From contig JANOTL010000112.1 of NCBI GenBank assembly GCA_031416315.1, positions 1-21,944 on the forward strand: a stretch of 21,944 nt of DNA, given 5' to 3'. Below the pieces are notes generated by a model that saw only the letters and a list, made by a program, of their open reading frames with translations, did not search any database and had not been told where the DNA came from. The position numbers and the translations under genes are program-made. Below are positions 10,209 through 18,777 of the stretch, piece by piece (position 1 is the first letter of the stretch; each line of letters begins with the position of its first letter). Source of the stretch: Pseudomonadota bacterium. Its GTDB lineage: Bacteria > Bdellovibrionota_B > Oligoflexia > Oligoflexales > CAIYRB01.

Positions 10209-11525
10209 TTATTGATTGCAGGGCGCACGCTCGCTTTGCGGACACAGTCCCCGGTTCCACAGCGTTCGTCCGAGCACCGTGAACGTGCATTCCGCTTTGA
10301 TCGAATGCGGCGCCACCCCGGTTTCCTCGCACTGCAGCTCGATCTGCCAGCGCCCTGCGCTAGGCGCTCCGATCAGCGAGAACCACAGCTCGTCGCTGAC
10401 GTTTGCATAGCGCGACCAAGGTTTCGCGGAGAACCATTCGCCGGCAGTGCTCATGGCGCTCACCGTGACGTCGTACCCGTGCGGTCCGCGCACGCGGATC
10501 TCCGGAGTGCAGCGCGCGCCGCCGCCGCCGGGCTGCGAGCGATGATCGAAAGTGCACTCGGCGGTCTCGATGCCGTCGTCGCGCGTGACGTCCAGAGTCA
10601 CCGCCGTGAGGTCGGCCGACGCGGTCCCGGTGAACCTGCGCAGCTCTTGATCGAGCGTCATGAAATGCTTGTCGAAGGAATCTTCCTGCCAAGAGCAGCT
10701 GGGATAGTCGTGACCGCAAAGCACCTTGTAGGTGTCCTCGTAGTTGCGGTCGCTGCGCAGATGGACATAGGCGAAATTCGTTTCGGCCAGCCGCGTGAAG
10801 AGAGTGCCGAGTCCGATGGCTTCCTCCACCTCGCGGTCCAAATCCCATTTGGTCGAGGCGAACTCGTCGGTCAAACGCTTGCGGTCGCGCAAGAGGCCTT
10901 GGAAGGTCGTATCGGAATTCGCGGCCGACGCCTCTACGAGCTCCTGACCCTTCGCCTGCAGCTCGGTCGCGATCGCGGTGAGCCTCCCGACGGCCCGCGC
11001 GTGCGCCGCGCCCGTGAGCCGCAGCTGCTCCTCCGCCACGAGATCACCGCGCGCGACTTCTGCCTCGAGCCGCGCCACCTGATCGGCGAGCTCGCGGACC
11101 GACACGTCCTGGGCCGCGTAGTCCCGCACGAGGCGCTCGATGGCGGCGCGCAGCGCTTCCGTATCGGGTCCGGCCGGCGTCTCGAGGAGCTCGTGAAGGC
11201 GCACGTCGATCCGATCGATGCCCGTCTTTAGCTGACCGAGCCGCGCTGAAAGCTGCGGCAAGTCGCCGCCGAAGGTCTCCGCCGATTTCGCGAACACGCG
11301 ATGGGCAGGTACGCGGCGCTCGAGCTTGGAGCACGTCGCGTGATCGTAAATCAAGGCATCGCTGTCGCAAATCCTGCGCACGATGTCGGTGCCGTCCAGG
11401 TAGTAGAGCGCAGTGCGTCCCTGATCGTTCGTAATGAGATCGCTGGCGATCTCGGCGCGCACAGCTTGAGGCGCGAGGCAGACGATCGAGGTCACGAGCA
11501 CGGACAGTGTGTTGCGCAAAGCCAT
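10209..11525 (-). CDS. Secreted hypothetical protein: signal peptide, long coiled coil, Cys-rich C-terminal beta domain
   Basis: 438-aa ORF with AGGGG RBS and a signal peptide ending AVRA-E. Central region rich in L/A/E/R with heptad-like spacing. Confidence 0.85.
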   Translation of the reverse strand: MALRNTLSVLVTSIVCLAPQAVRAEIASDLITNDQGRTALYYLDGTDIVRRICDSDALIYDHATCSKLERRVPAHRVFAKSAETFGGDLPQLSARLGQLKTGIDRIDVRLHELLETPAGPDTEALRAAIERLVRDYAAQDVSVRELADQVARLEAEVARGDLVAEEQLRLTGAAHARAVGRLTAIATELQAKGQELVEASAANSDTTFQGLLRDRKRLTDEFASTKWDLDREVEEAIGLGTLFTRLAETNFAYVHLRSDRNYEDTYKVLCGHDYPSCSWQEDSFDKHFMTLDQELRRFTGTASADLTAVTLDVTRDDGIETAECTFDHRSQPGGGGARCTPEIRVRGPHGYDVTVSAMSTAGEWFSAKPWSRYANVSDELWFSLIGAPSAGRWQIELQCEETGVAPHSIKAECTFTVLGRTLWNRGLCPQSERAPCNQ

Positions 11526-11705
11526 TCCCCTATTGTTCCCGCGCTATCTAACCTGAGGCCTCGCTCTGAGCAAGGCGGCGGCACGCCTTGTCCCCCAAGG
11601 TGTTTACAGGATGTGATGCTCGCGGGCTCGCCGCGCCGCCGCGGGCGGCGCGGCCGCAGATACAATCTGCTGTAACTATTACAAGATTTGTGGTTTCTTG
11701 CCGAA

Positions 11706-12293
11706 ATGATGCTGCATGCCCCTGCCGCCGAGCGCAACAAGGTCCCGATCACCGAGGTCCTGCGCGGGATCGTGCCCGAAACGGGGCTCGTGCTCGAGAT
11801 CGCCAGCGGCTCGGGGCAGCACGTCGTGCACTTTGCGCGGGTCTTTCCTGCGGTCACGTGGCGACCCTCCGACATGTCGGCCGAAGCGGTCACAAGCATC
11901 GACAGCTGGGTCGCCGACGCGGGCGTCACGAACGTGCTCCCTGCGCTGCGCCTGAACGTCCAGGACTTGAGCTGGCCGCGCCTCGATCCGATGGGGCTCT
12001 TGAACCTCAACATGATCCACATCGCCCCGTGGGCCGCGTGCGAAGGCCTCTTTCGTCACGCCGAAGCCCTCGGCGTCGCCTGGGTCTTTCTCTACGGTCC
12101 CTTCTTCGTCGACGGCGTCGACACCTCGCCGTCGAACCTCGCCTTCGACGCGTCCTTGCGCCAGCGCGACCCGGCGTGGGGCGTCCGCCGCCTTGAGGAC
12201 GTCGCCGCGGTCGCGCGCGCGCGCGGCCTGAATTTAGAGCGCTTCGAGACGATGCCGGCCAACAACCTTTCGGTGCTCTTCCGCCGCGCCTGA
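11706..12293 (+). CDS. DUF938 family SAM-dependent methyltransferase
   Basis: PAAERNK.PI, VLEIASGSGQH, W.PSD, NMIHIAPW, LYGPF, SN.AFD.SLR.RDP.WGVR and MPANN. ATG 11706 preferred over TTG 11688. Confidence 0.93.
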   Translation: MMLHAPAAERNKVPITEVLRGIVPETGLVLEIASGSGQHVVHFARVFPAVTWRPSDMSAEAVTSIDSWVADAGVTNVLPALRLNVQDLSWPRLDPMGLLNLNMIHIAPWAACEGLFRHAEALGVAWVFLYGPFFVDGVDTSPSNLAFDASLRQRDPAWGVRRLEDVAAVARARGLNLERFETMPANNLSVLFRRA

Positions 12294-12296
12294 CGC

Positions 12297-12302
12297 TATA
12301 CT
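12297..12302 (+). promoter_or_regulatory. -10 box candidate for the FG-GAP gene
   Basis: TATACT about 31 nt before ATG 12334; no clear -35. Confidence 0.35.
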
Positions 12303-12333
12303 CGCTGCAAATCACCCTTAGGAACATGCCCCC

Positions 12334-13902
12334 ATGATGCAGTCGAGACTCGTCCTCGCGTCGCTCGTCGCCGTCTTCGTCGCCACCGGCTGCCGCACGC
12401 CGCGTCCCGGCTCGTCGTCCGTCAAGGAAGGTGAGGGGGAAGCGCAGCCCCTGATGTTCATCGAGAAAGAGAACGTCTTTGCGCCGGAGAAGTGCGCCGG
12501 TCCGGGGTGCTGGACGAACTACCTTCGCGTGACCGACCTCGACGCCGACGGCGACCTGGATGTCGTGCACGTCAACTACGCGGATTTTTTCGGCGGCGGC
12601 GCGAAGAAGCAGCCCCTCGTCGTCTCTTTGAACGACGGCAAGGCGAACTTCACCGACGGCTCGAGCATGTTCGGCAATTACACCGCCGAGCTGCGCCAGG
12701 TCGCGATCGCCGACGTCAACGGGGACGGCTTCCCCGACCTCTATGCGCCGAACGCCGTCGGCAAGGCCGACGCCTTCTTCGTCAGCAACGGCGAGGGCGG
12801 CTTCGCCGATGAGGCCGCCACCCGCGTCGGCGGCCGGAAGTCTTCGGCGGGCGCCGTGCGCTTCGTCGACGTCGACTCGGACGGCGACCTCGACCTCTTC
12901 GTCGCCAAGGGTTACGCCAAAGGCAAGATCGGCGCCAACATCGGCGACGTTCTCCTCAACGACGGCAGCGGCAAGTTCGCCGTCGCCGAGGGCGCGGTCA
13001 CCGGCACGGCCTTGGGCAACGACATCGACGACGTCGACGTCATCGACATCGACAACGACTTCGATCCGGACCTCGTCGTCAACCCGCACAACGGCGGCAA
13101 CGTCTTCTTCCTAAAGAACGACGGCACAGGCAAGTTCGCGGTCGACGCTGCGGCCGTCGGCGCGGCTCCGGGGAGCGGCAACCACTATGATCCGGCCGTC
13201 TGCGACTTCAACGCCGACGGCTTCAACGACGTCTTTCTCGACAACATCGGCGGCGGTTACAACGAGCTGCTTTTGATGAACGACAAGACCGGCAAGTTCG
13301 TCAACGCCACCGAGAACGTCAAAGGCAACGACGACGGCCAGGACGACAACGGCGTCGTCTGCGCCGACGTCAACAACGACGGGGCCATGGATGCGATCGT
13401 GATCTCGCTCTTCGACGCGGGCGAGCGCCTCTTCCTCAACGATGGCGCCGGCATCCTCACGTACCGCATGGGCGCCTTCAAGATGTTCCAGGACGGGACG
13501 CTCTGGGGTGAGTTCGGCGACCTCGACGGCGATAAGAAGATCGACTTCGTGACGGCGCAAGGCGAAAGCGGCGCGACGATGCAGAACCGCGTTTACCTCG
13601 CGAACGACCTCGTTCCGGCCGACGATCGCGCGCCGACGATCCGAGCCGTCGAGGCCCTCAAGGCCGGCCGTATCCGTTTTGGCGTGTCGGATCGGACGAT
13701 CACGGACGAGGCGCCCCAGCTTACGGCCGCCTTCGCCAGGGCGAGGGTCGACGGCGCCGTCAAAGAGATTAAGGCGACCTATATGGGCGGGGACCTTTTC
13801 CGGGTTGCGCTCCCGGCTACGGGAGTTTCCCAGTACTCCGTCTGCGCGCGCGACTTATTCGGCAACGAAGCCTGCTCGCCCGAGCAGGTCGCGACTCCTT
13901 GA
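12334..13902 (+). CDS. FG-GAP/VCBS-repeat beta-propeller lipoprotein
   Basis: Lipobox VATGC. Seven DxDxDGxxD-type Ca-binding repeats (DLDADGDLD, DVNGDGFPD, DVDSDGDLD, DIDNDFDPD, DFNADGFND, DVNNDGAMD, DLDGDKKID) and a C-terminal Ig-like segment. Confidence 0.92.
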   Translation: MMQSRLVLASLVAVFVATGCRTPRPGSSSVKEGEGEAQPLMFIEKENVFAPEKCAGPGCWTNYLRVTDLDADGDLDVVHVNYADFFGGGAKKQPLVVSLNDGKANFTDGSSMFGNYTAELRQVAIADVNGDGFPDLYAPNAVGKADAFFVSNGEGGFADEAATRVGGRKSSAGAVRFVDVDSDGDLDLFVAKGYAKGKIGANIGDVLLNDGSGKFAVAEGAVTGTALGNDIDDVDVIDIDNDFDPDLVVNPHNGGNVFFLKNDGTGKFAVDAAAVGAAPGSGNHYDPAVCDFNADGFNDVFLDNIGGGYNELLLMNDKTGKFVNATENVKGNDDGQDDNGVVCADVNNDGAMDAIVISLFDAGERLFLNDGAGILTYRMGAFKMFQDGTLWGEFGDLDGDKKIDFVTAQGESGATMQNRVYLANDLVPADDRAPTIRAVEALKAGRIRFGVSDRTITDEAPQLTAAFARARVDGAVKEIKATYMGGDLFRVALPATGVSQYSVCARDLFGNEACSPEQVATP

Positions 13903-13906
13903 GCTC

Positions 13907-14551
13907 TCAGACGAGCGACAGCACCGCCGCATAGTGGCAGGCGCTGCCGCCCAACACGAACAAGTGCCAGATCTCGTGGAAGCCGAACACCGGCGGCCAT
14001 GGATCGGGGCGCTTCTTCGCGTAAACCAAGGCGCCGACGCTGTAGAGCGCGCCGCCGGCGAAAATCAGGCCGAACACCGGTGCTGAGACCGCGCGGGCCA
14101 GCGGCAGGATGACGAAAAGAACCAGCCATCCCATCACGACGTAGATTCCCGCCGTCACCGCCCGCGGCGCGTCGATCCAGAAGAGGCTCTTGAACAAGCC
14201 GAATGCGGCGAGCGCCCAAACGACGACGAGCATGAGCATTCCGAGGTCGCTCTTCAGCGCGACGACGCAGAACGGCGTGTAGCTGCCGGCGATGAACACC
14301 GGAATGATGGAATGATCGAGGCGTCGTAAAAGCAGCTGCCGCTCCGGCGACACGCGCAGAAGGTGGTAAGTCGCGCTCGATAAGTAGAGCAAGATCATGC
14401 TCACGCCGTATACGGCGACGGCGGCTACAGTGCGCGGCTCTGCGTCCCGGCCCACGACGAGAAGGTAGACGAGCCCGAGCGCCGCGAAGAGGGCGCCGGC
14501 CAAATGGGTGAGTCCGCTGACCGGATCTCTGAACCGCGCGAGGACGCTCAC
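13907..14551 (-). CDS. Hemolysin III family (PAQR) membrane protein
   Basis: SGLTH, SSATYH, RRLDHS.I...IAGSYTP, Y..MGW, GG..YSVGA..Y, FGFHEIWHLFVL.GS..HY. Confidence 0.96.
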   Translation of the reverse strand: MSVLARFRDPVSGLTHLAGALFAALGLVYLLVVGRDAEPRTVAAVAVYGVSMILLYLSSATYHLLRVSPERQLLLRRLDHSIIPVFIAGSYTPFCVVALKSDLGMLMLVVVWALAAFGLFKSLFWIDAPRAVTAGIYVVMGWLVLFVILPLARAVSAPVFGLIFAGGALYSVGALVYAKKRPDPWPPVFGFHEIWHLFVLGGSACHYAAVLSLV

Positions 14552-14719
14552 GCAGAAGCTTTCAGCGCCTGGACTGCGTCCGCAATGGCACGTTCTTGCT
14601 GAAAATTACCGTGTGAATTGGCGCTGGATCCTGACACTTCCATGGGCTCTGCTCCTCGCGGATCGCACGCTATCACTCCACACGTGATATTGGTATCCAC
14701 GACCCCCAAGGAGGACCTC

Positions 14720-14965
14720 ATGGACATCGTGAACGACGATTCGCCCAATCTGCGCTTCTCGATGTGGATCGAGGACACGCAACGCGGCCTCCTTCAGCGT
14801 GCCTCTTACGACAGCAAAAGCGAGGCGATCGAGAACGCGAAGAAGTATTGGCTGACGCCGGTCGGGCTCTTTCGCGCTTTCGTGCGCGATCGCGACGAGA
14901 GCGAAGCGATCATCTATGACCGCTCCTACCTCGCCCCGAAAGCTCGCGCCGGCAGCGCCCACTGA
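14720..14965 (+). CDS. Small hypothetical protein (81 aa)
   Basis: AAGGAGGA RBS before ATG 14720 and normal GC3-rich codon usage; no recognised family. Confidence 0.7.
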   Translation: MDIVNDDSPNLRFSMWIEDTQRGLLQRASYDSKSEAIENAKKYWLTPVGLFRAFVRDRDESEAIIYDRSYLAPKARAGSAH

Positions 14966-14978
14966 TCGTCACCAGTGA

Positions 14979-15431
14979 TCACATCGACGGCGTTTGGCGC
15001 GAGTCCGTGATGTAGCGCGTCAGCTCGTCGATCAGGAACGCCTTTTCGCCCAGCATCGACTTCACCACGTCGCCCATCGAGATGACGCCGATGATCAAGT
15101 GGTCGTCGAGCACCGGCAGGTGGCGGATGTATTTGTTGATCATCAGCGCCATGCAATCCTCGACGTTGTCATCCGGCGTCACGGAGATCACGCCAGTCGT
15201 CATCACGTCGCGTACGGTCGTCGTCTGCGACGAGCGGCCCATCAGCGCGATCTTTCGTGCGTAGTCGCGCTCGGTAAAGACGCCGAGGAGGCGGCTTTGC
15301 TCCGTGACGATCAAGGCGCCCAAGTTGTGGTCGGCGAAGACCTTCACCGCCTCGTAGACGGTCCGATCGGGACCGATCGTGCAGACGTCCTGGCACTCCT
15401 TGCCGGCGAGGATTTGGCGAACGGTGATCAT
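14979..15431 (-). CDS. CBS-pair domain protein (150 aa)
   Basis: GGAGG RBS before ATG 15431. TVYEAV...GALIV, GVFTERDYARK, VRDVMT, IRHLPV, GVISMGDVVK. Only the C-terminal part of the 415-aa track ORF is real. Confidence 0.95.
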   Translation of the reverse strand: MITVRQILAGKECQDVCTIGPDRTVYEAVKVFADHNLGALIVTEQSRLLGVFTERDYARKIALMGRSSQTTTVRDVMTTGVISVTPDDNVEDCMALMINKYIRHLPVLDDHLIIGVISMGDVVKSMLGEKAFLIDELTRYITDSRQTPSM

Positions 15432-15500
15432 GCTGCCTCCAATAGTTCGAGTCACACTTCGTGCTGCAAGACTCGGACCTGCTGCGCTATCATGAGATCG

Positions 15501-16229
15501 ATGCTCCCCTTCGTGACGATCCCGTATGCTCATCCTGTCCTCGAGGCTCTCGGTCTCCTTGTGGGCATGCAGTTTTACCGCCACCTGAAGCGACGCTCCG
15601 TCGACCCGATCCCGGGCGCGGCGCGTTTTTGGATCGTCGTCGCCGCCGGCCTCGGCGCTGCGGCGGGGTCGCGAGCCTCTGCCGGCCTCGAGACGTGGCT
15701 CGGCGCTCCGGAGCTTGTGTCGGGTGTCCCGGGCGTCTGCGCCTCCGGCAAGAGCATCATCGGCGGCATGCTGGGCGGTCTCTTTGCGGTCGAGGGCGCG
15801 AAGCTTCGCCTGAAGGTCCGTCGCTCCTCCGGCGATCTGTTCGTGTTCCCGATCCTTCTCGGGCTGATCGTCGGCCGTATCGGCTGCTTCGCGGGCGGCC
15901 TGGAGGACTGCACCTACGGCGTGAGGACGACCTTCCCATGGGGCATCGACTTCGGCGACGGCATCGCGCGCCACCCGATGCAGCTCTACGAGATCGCCTT
16001 CTTGCTCGTCACGTGGAGCGCATTGCGCCGCTTTAGGGGTGCTGAAGGCGCGCAGTTTAAATGCCTGATGGTCGCCTATCTGGCGTTCCGGTTCGTCGTC
16101 GACTTCTGGAAGCCGATGATCCCGCTTGGGACGAGCGGCCTCGCCGCGACGCAGGTGCTCTGCCTTGTCGGGCTCGCCTGGTACGTTGCCGTCTACGCTT
16201 ACTCGAGAGTGAAGGTGTCGGCGCAATAG
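15501..16229 (+). CDS. Prolipoprotein diacylglyceryl transferase (Lgt)-family paralogue
   Basis: GD...P...G...GRIGCF, YG..T..PWG.DF, RHPMQLYE and Y...RF..DF, with multiple TM segments. Start 15501 or 15492. Confidence 0.88.
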   Translation: MLPFVTIPYAHPVLEALGLLVGMQFYRHLKRRSVDPIPGAARFWIVVAAGLGAAAGSRASAGLETWLGAPELVSGVPGVCASGKSIIGGMLGGLFAVEGAKLRLKVRRSSGDLFVFPILLGLIVGRIGCFAGGLEDCTYGVRTTFPWGIDFGDGIARHPMQLYEIAFLLVTWSALRRFRGAEGAQFKCLMVAYLAFRFVVDFWKPMIPLGTSGLAATQVLCLVGLAWYVAVYAYSRVKVSAQ

Positions 16230-16753
16230 GTCGGTGCGTCGTGCAAGGTCATCTTGACCGCGGGATTGTTCGCATCGACGACGACGTAGCCCTCGAGCGA
16301 AGGCGAGCCGACGAGCGGCACGAAATCAGTCGCCGTCGACAGGGTCGCGACCGTCCGGGCTCCCGCGACGCAGAAGGCGCCGTCGGCCGTCGAACAGGTC
16401 ATCGCATAGAAATGGGTCCCGTCCGCCTGCCCGCCGTCGTCGCTGAAGACGCAACTTCCGGCCACTGCGGCGCCAGCCGGTCCGTCGTCGTCCTTGGAGC
16501 GGACCGAGCAGGCGATCGACCCTTGGGCTGCCGTTTGGAACGAGGCGCACGAGGTACGAAAGGGACTCTCGAAGACAACGCTGTGATTCCCGATCAGTGC
16601 CAATATCGCTGGGATCTGCACGCTCGGCGTTTCGGCTTTCTGAATCACGATATCGGTCACGGGCGAGCCGCAATTGATCGTAAAAACGTTGATCCCGACC
16701 ACGGTGGACGCGGCGAGGCCTCCTAGAATTTGCGCGAGCCGGGACGTCGACAT
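16199..16753 (-). CDS. Hypothetical exported protein, possible lipoprotein (184 aa)
   Basis: Hydrophobic N-terminus ending TINC, six further Cys, beta-rich. Overlaps the lgt-like 3' end convergently by 31 nt. Confidence 0.7.
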   Translation of the reverse strand: MSTSRLAQILGGLAASTVVGINVFTINCGSPVTDIVIQKAETPSVQIPAILALIGNHSVVFESPFRTSCASFQTAAQGSIACSVRSKDDDGPAGAAVAGSCVFSDDGGQADGTHFYAMTCSTADGAFCVAGARTVATLSTATDFVPLVGSPSLEGYVVVDANNPAVKMTLHDAPTYCADTFTLE

Positions 16754-16775
16754 GCTGGTAACCTAGCATGAGATG
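16751..16775. promoter_or_regulatory. Overlapping bidirectional extended -10 promoter
   Basis: 19-bp intergenic gap with plus-strand TGGTAACCT and minus-strand TGCTAGGTT overlapping. No room for an RBS. Confidence 0.5.
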
Positions 16776-17465
16776 CGAGCCCTAGTCCTCACCGTCATGC
16801 TCTTCGCCGTCGCCGCGCCCGTGGCGCAGGCAGAGCCTCGCGTCAAGGTCACCACCGGTTCCTGTGCGCCGGCGCCTTCGCCACGCAAGCCTTGGACGTG
16901 GAGCCTTCTCCTCGAGCCCTTCGACTTGATGCTCGGTCTCTTTCCCGCTTTCGAGCTCCAGCGCTCGTTGGAGGGCGCCGACAAGCCGACCTCGATCGCG
17001 CTGGCGTTTTACGGCGTGCACGACAACAGCCGCGGCATCTTTCGTGGCAGAAATTACGGCGGCGCCGAGGGCTACGTGTATTCGTCCGAAGAAAAGGTGC
17101 AGCACGACATGAAAGTGCTCACAGCGCGTTACAAGCTCTTCCTCATGCGCTCTTTTCACTTCAACTTCGGCGTCGGCTTCCGCTCGATGGCGACCGAAGA
17201 GACGGCGACCTTCAGAGACGGCTCGAAGCAGTCGGCCGAAAAAAGCTCGGTCGACTTCGGCGGCGAGCTCGGCCTCGGCAACCGCTGGGTCACGTCGAGC
17301 GGCTTCGTCATCGGCGGAACCTGGCTCGTCGCCTATGCGCCAGCCGTGACGCTCTCTGCCAAGGATGCCAAGCTTCCGGCGGGCTATCGTGCGAACAATC
17401 CAAAGAACGACTCTAAGAGCATGGCGCTGCGTATGGCCGTGCTCGACATAGGCTGGGCGTGGTAA
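16773..17465 (+). CDS. Putative outer-membrane beta-barrel protein 1
   Basis: Signal peptide (AQA-E), amphipathic beta strands and a C-terminal beta-signal-like VLDIGWAW. Confidence 0.75.
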   Translation: MRALVLTVMLFAVAAPVAQAEPRVKVTTGSCAPAPSPRKPWTWSLLLEPFDLMLGLFPAFELQRSLEGADKPTSIALAFYGVHDNSRGIFRGRNYGGAEGYVYSSEEKVQHDMKVLTARYKLFLMRSFHFNFGVGFRSMATEETATFRDGSKQSAEKSSVDFGGELGLGNRWVTSSGFVIGGTWLVAYAPAVTLSAKDAKLPAGYRANNPKNDSKSMALRMAVLDIGWAW

Positions 17466-18082
17466 GAGCGCTGCCCGCATCCCTTGTATACGGAGCCCTT
17501 GTCGTTTCGTTGTCCGTTATGGCGCAAGATGCGGCCGGGCAGGGCGAGACGGCGTCGACTGCCGCCGTCGGCGTGGAGCTCACCGGCCGCGCGCCGTACC
17601 CGCTTTCGTCCAGGGGCGCCCGCCTTGCCTATGCTTTAAGTCCCAGTCAAGACATCGAAATCACCTATGTCGAGGCGGAAAAAACCGTCCTTTTGGCCGA
17701 TTTTCGCTTCCGTGAGCTCGTCCTGCGTCACAAGATCTGGCTCGATCCCTACGTACACTGCGGCTACGGCGTCGGTCTGCGCGACATCGACGCCGACTAC
17801 GAGGTCTTCGTTGCGGGATCCAGCGCGAACCAGGGCGTGTCCGAGCATCACCAGGCCATCACCGGCAACGTGCACTTCGGCGTGGAGTTCAACCCCTTCT
17901 CCGTCTTCGTCATCGGGTCTGACCTCTTCGGGGTCTCGGTACCGCTGCGCTGGCTCGAGCACGACGACGGCTTTCCCCCCGCCGCCGAAGAGTTCGAGGA
18001 GGACCCCAAGGACGCCTACGTGAGCGGCGGCTTCAAGGTGAGCTATCATCTAATAAGGACCTATTTGGCGGTGAGATTTTGA
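17459..18082 (+). CDS. Putative outer-membrane beta-barrel protein 2 (paralogue of protein 1)
   Basis: Signal peptide (VMA-Q) and C-terminal RTYLAVRF. Shares a GVG.R ... G....FVIG ... P pattern with the upstream gene; its GTG start overlaps the upstream stop. Confidence 0.75.
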   Translation: MVRALPASLVYGALVVSLSVMAQDAAGQGETASTAAVGVELTGRAPYPLSSRGARLAYALSPSQDIEITYVEAEKTVLLADFRFRELVLRHKIWLDPYVHCGYGVGLRDIDADYEVFVAGSSANQGVSEHHQAITGNVHFGVEFNPFSVFVIGSDLFGVSVPLRWLEHDDGFPPAAEEFEEDPKDAYVSGGFKVSYHLIRTYLAVRF

Positions 18083-18777
18083 GCGCCCGCGCCCCCATCT
18101 TCGCCGCCTTGCTGGCGCTGAGCGCGCGTTCCGCGCCCGTGCGCGCCGAGGTCATGGCCGGCGGCCTTTTCGGTTTGGCGCGCGGCACTCTGGAGCGAGA
18201 ATCGGCGGAGGCGATCGAGGCGACCTCGATGCAAGGCTTCCTCGGCTGGAGCTTCGGCGAGATCAACGCCCACGGCTTTTTCCAGAGCTTGGCGCTGGCC
18301 TATGCGGCCGGCGGCCAGACCTACGACGGCGTCTACACGCTTAGCGGCGTCGGCGCGGGCTACGGCAAGGACATCGTCTTTTTGAAGAAGCCCGGAAGGA
18401 TTTCCGCGATGGCGCAGGTGCCGCTCAGCGGCACGTACACGGTGCTCACGGAGTCGGGAGGCACGTTTAACGGCCAACGCTATCTCCATTCGGCGCTGAC
18501 GACCCTCTCAGGCGGGGTCGGGGTCCAAGTCCTTGCAGGCTACGACGCGCTCGTCATCGGCCGCGGCGGGAAGAAGGATTGGCGCGGCACTAAAAAGGCC
18601 GGCGCGAATCTCTATCTCGGCCTTTACTTGGGCTACCTCAGACAGAGCTTCGACTCCCAGTCGACGCGGATCCGCACCAACAACTCCGTGCTGGCGCCGC
18701 CGTCTCCGGGCACGGAGTCTGTCGACTACGGCGTCAGTGCCTTTACTCTGAGCATGGCGATGAACTACGACCTTTAG
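18079..18777 (+). CDS. Putative outer-membrane beta-barrel protein 3
   Basis: TTGA start/stop overlap, signal peptide (VRA-E), Gly/aromatic-rich strands and C-terminal LSMAMNYDL. Confidence 0.72.
   Translation: MSARAPIFAALLALSARSAPVRAEVMAGGLFGLARGTLERESAEAIEATSMQGFLGWSFGEINAHGFFQSLALAYAAGGQTYDGVYTLSGVGAGYGKDIVFLKKPGRISAMAQVPLSGTYTVLTESGGTFNGQRYLHSALTTLSGGVGVQVLAGYDALVIGRGGKKDWRGTKKAGANLYLGLYLGYLRQSFDSQSTRIRTNNSVLAPPSPGTESVDYGVSAFTLSMAMNYDL

Noticed and set aside
12500..13560. Recurring GAC-rich nucleotide motifs as a CRISPR or DNA repeat array
   Set aside because: They are degenerate and explained by FG-GAP protein repeats; there is no constant repeat/spacer pattern.
14586..14600. TGGCACGTTCTTGCT sigma54-like box
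   Set aside because: GG-to-GC spacing is 9 nt rather than the required 10.
14979..16229. 415-aa (-) and 411-aa (+) fully overlapping ORFs, resembling a CBS/Lgt fusion or a dual-coding region
   Set aside because: Each is a real gene extended upstream through the antisense frame of its divergent neighbour. Internal starts at 15431 and 15501 explain both.
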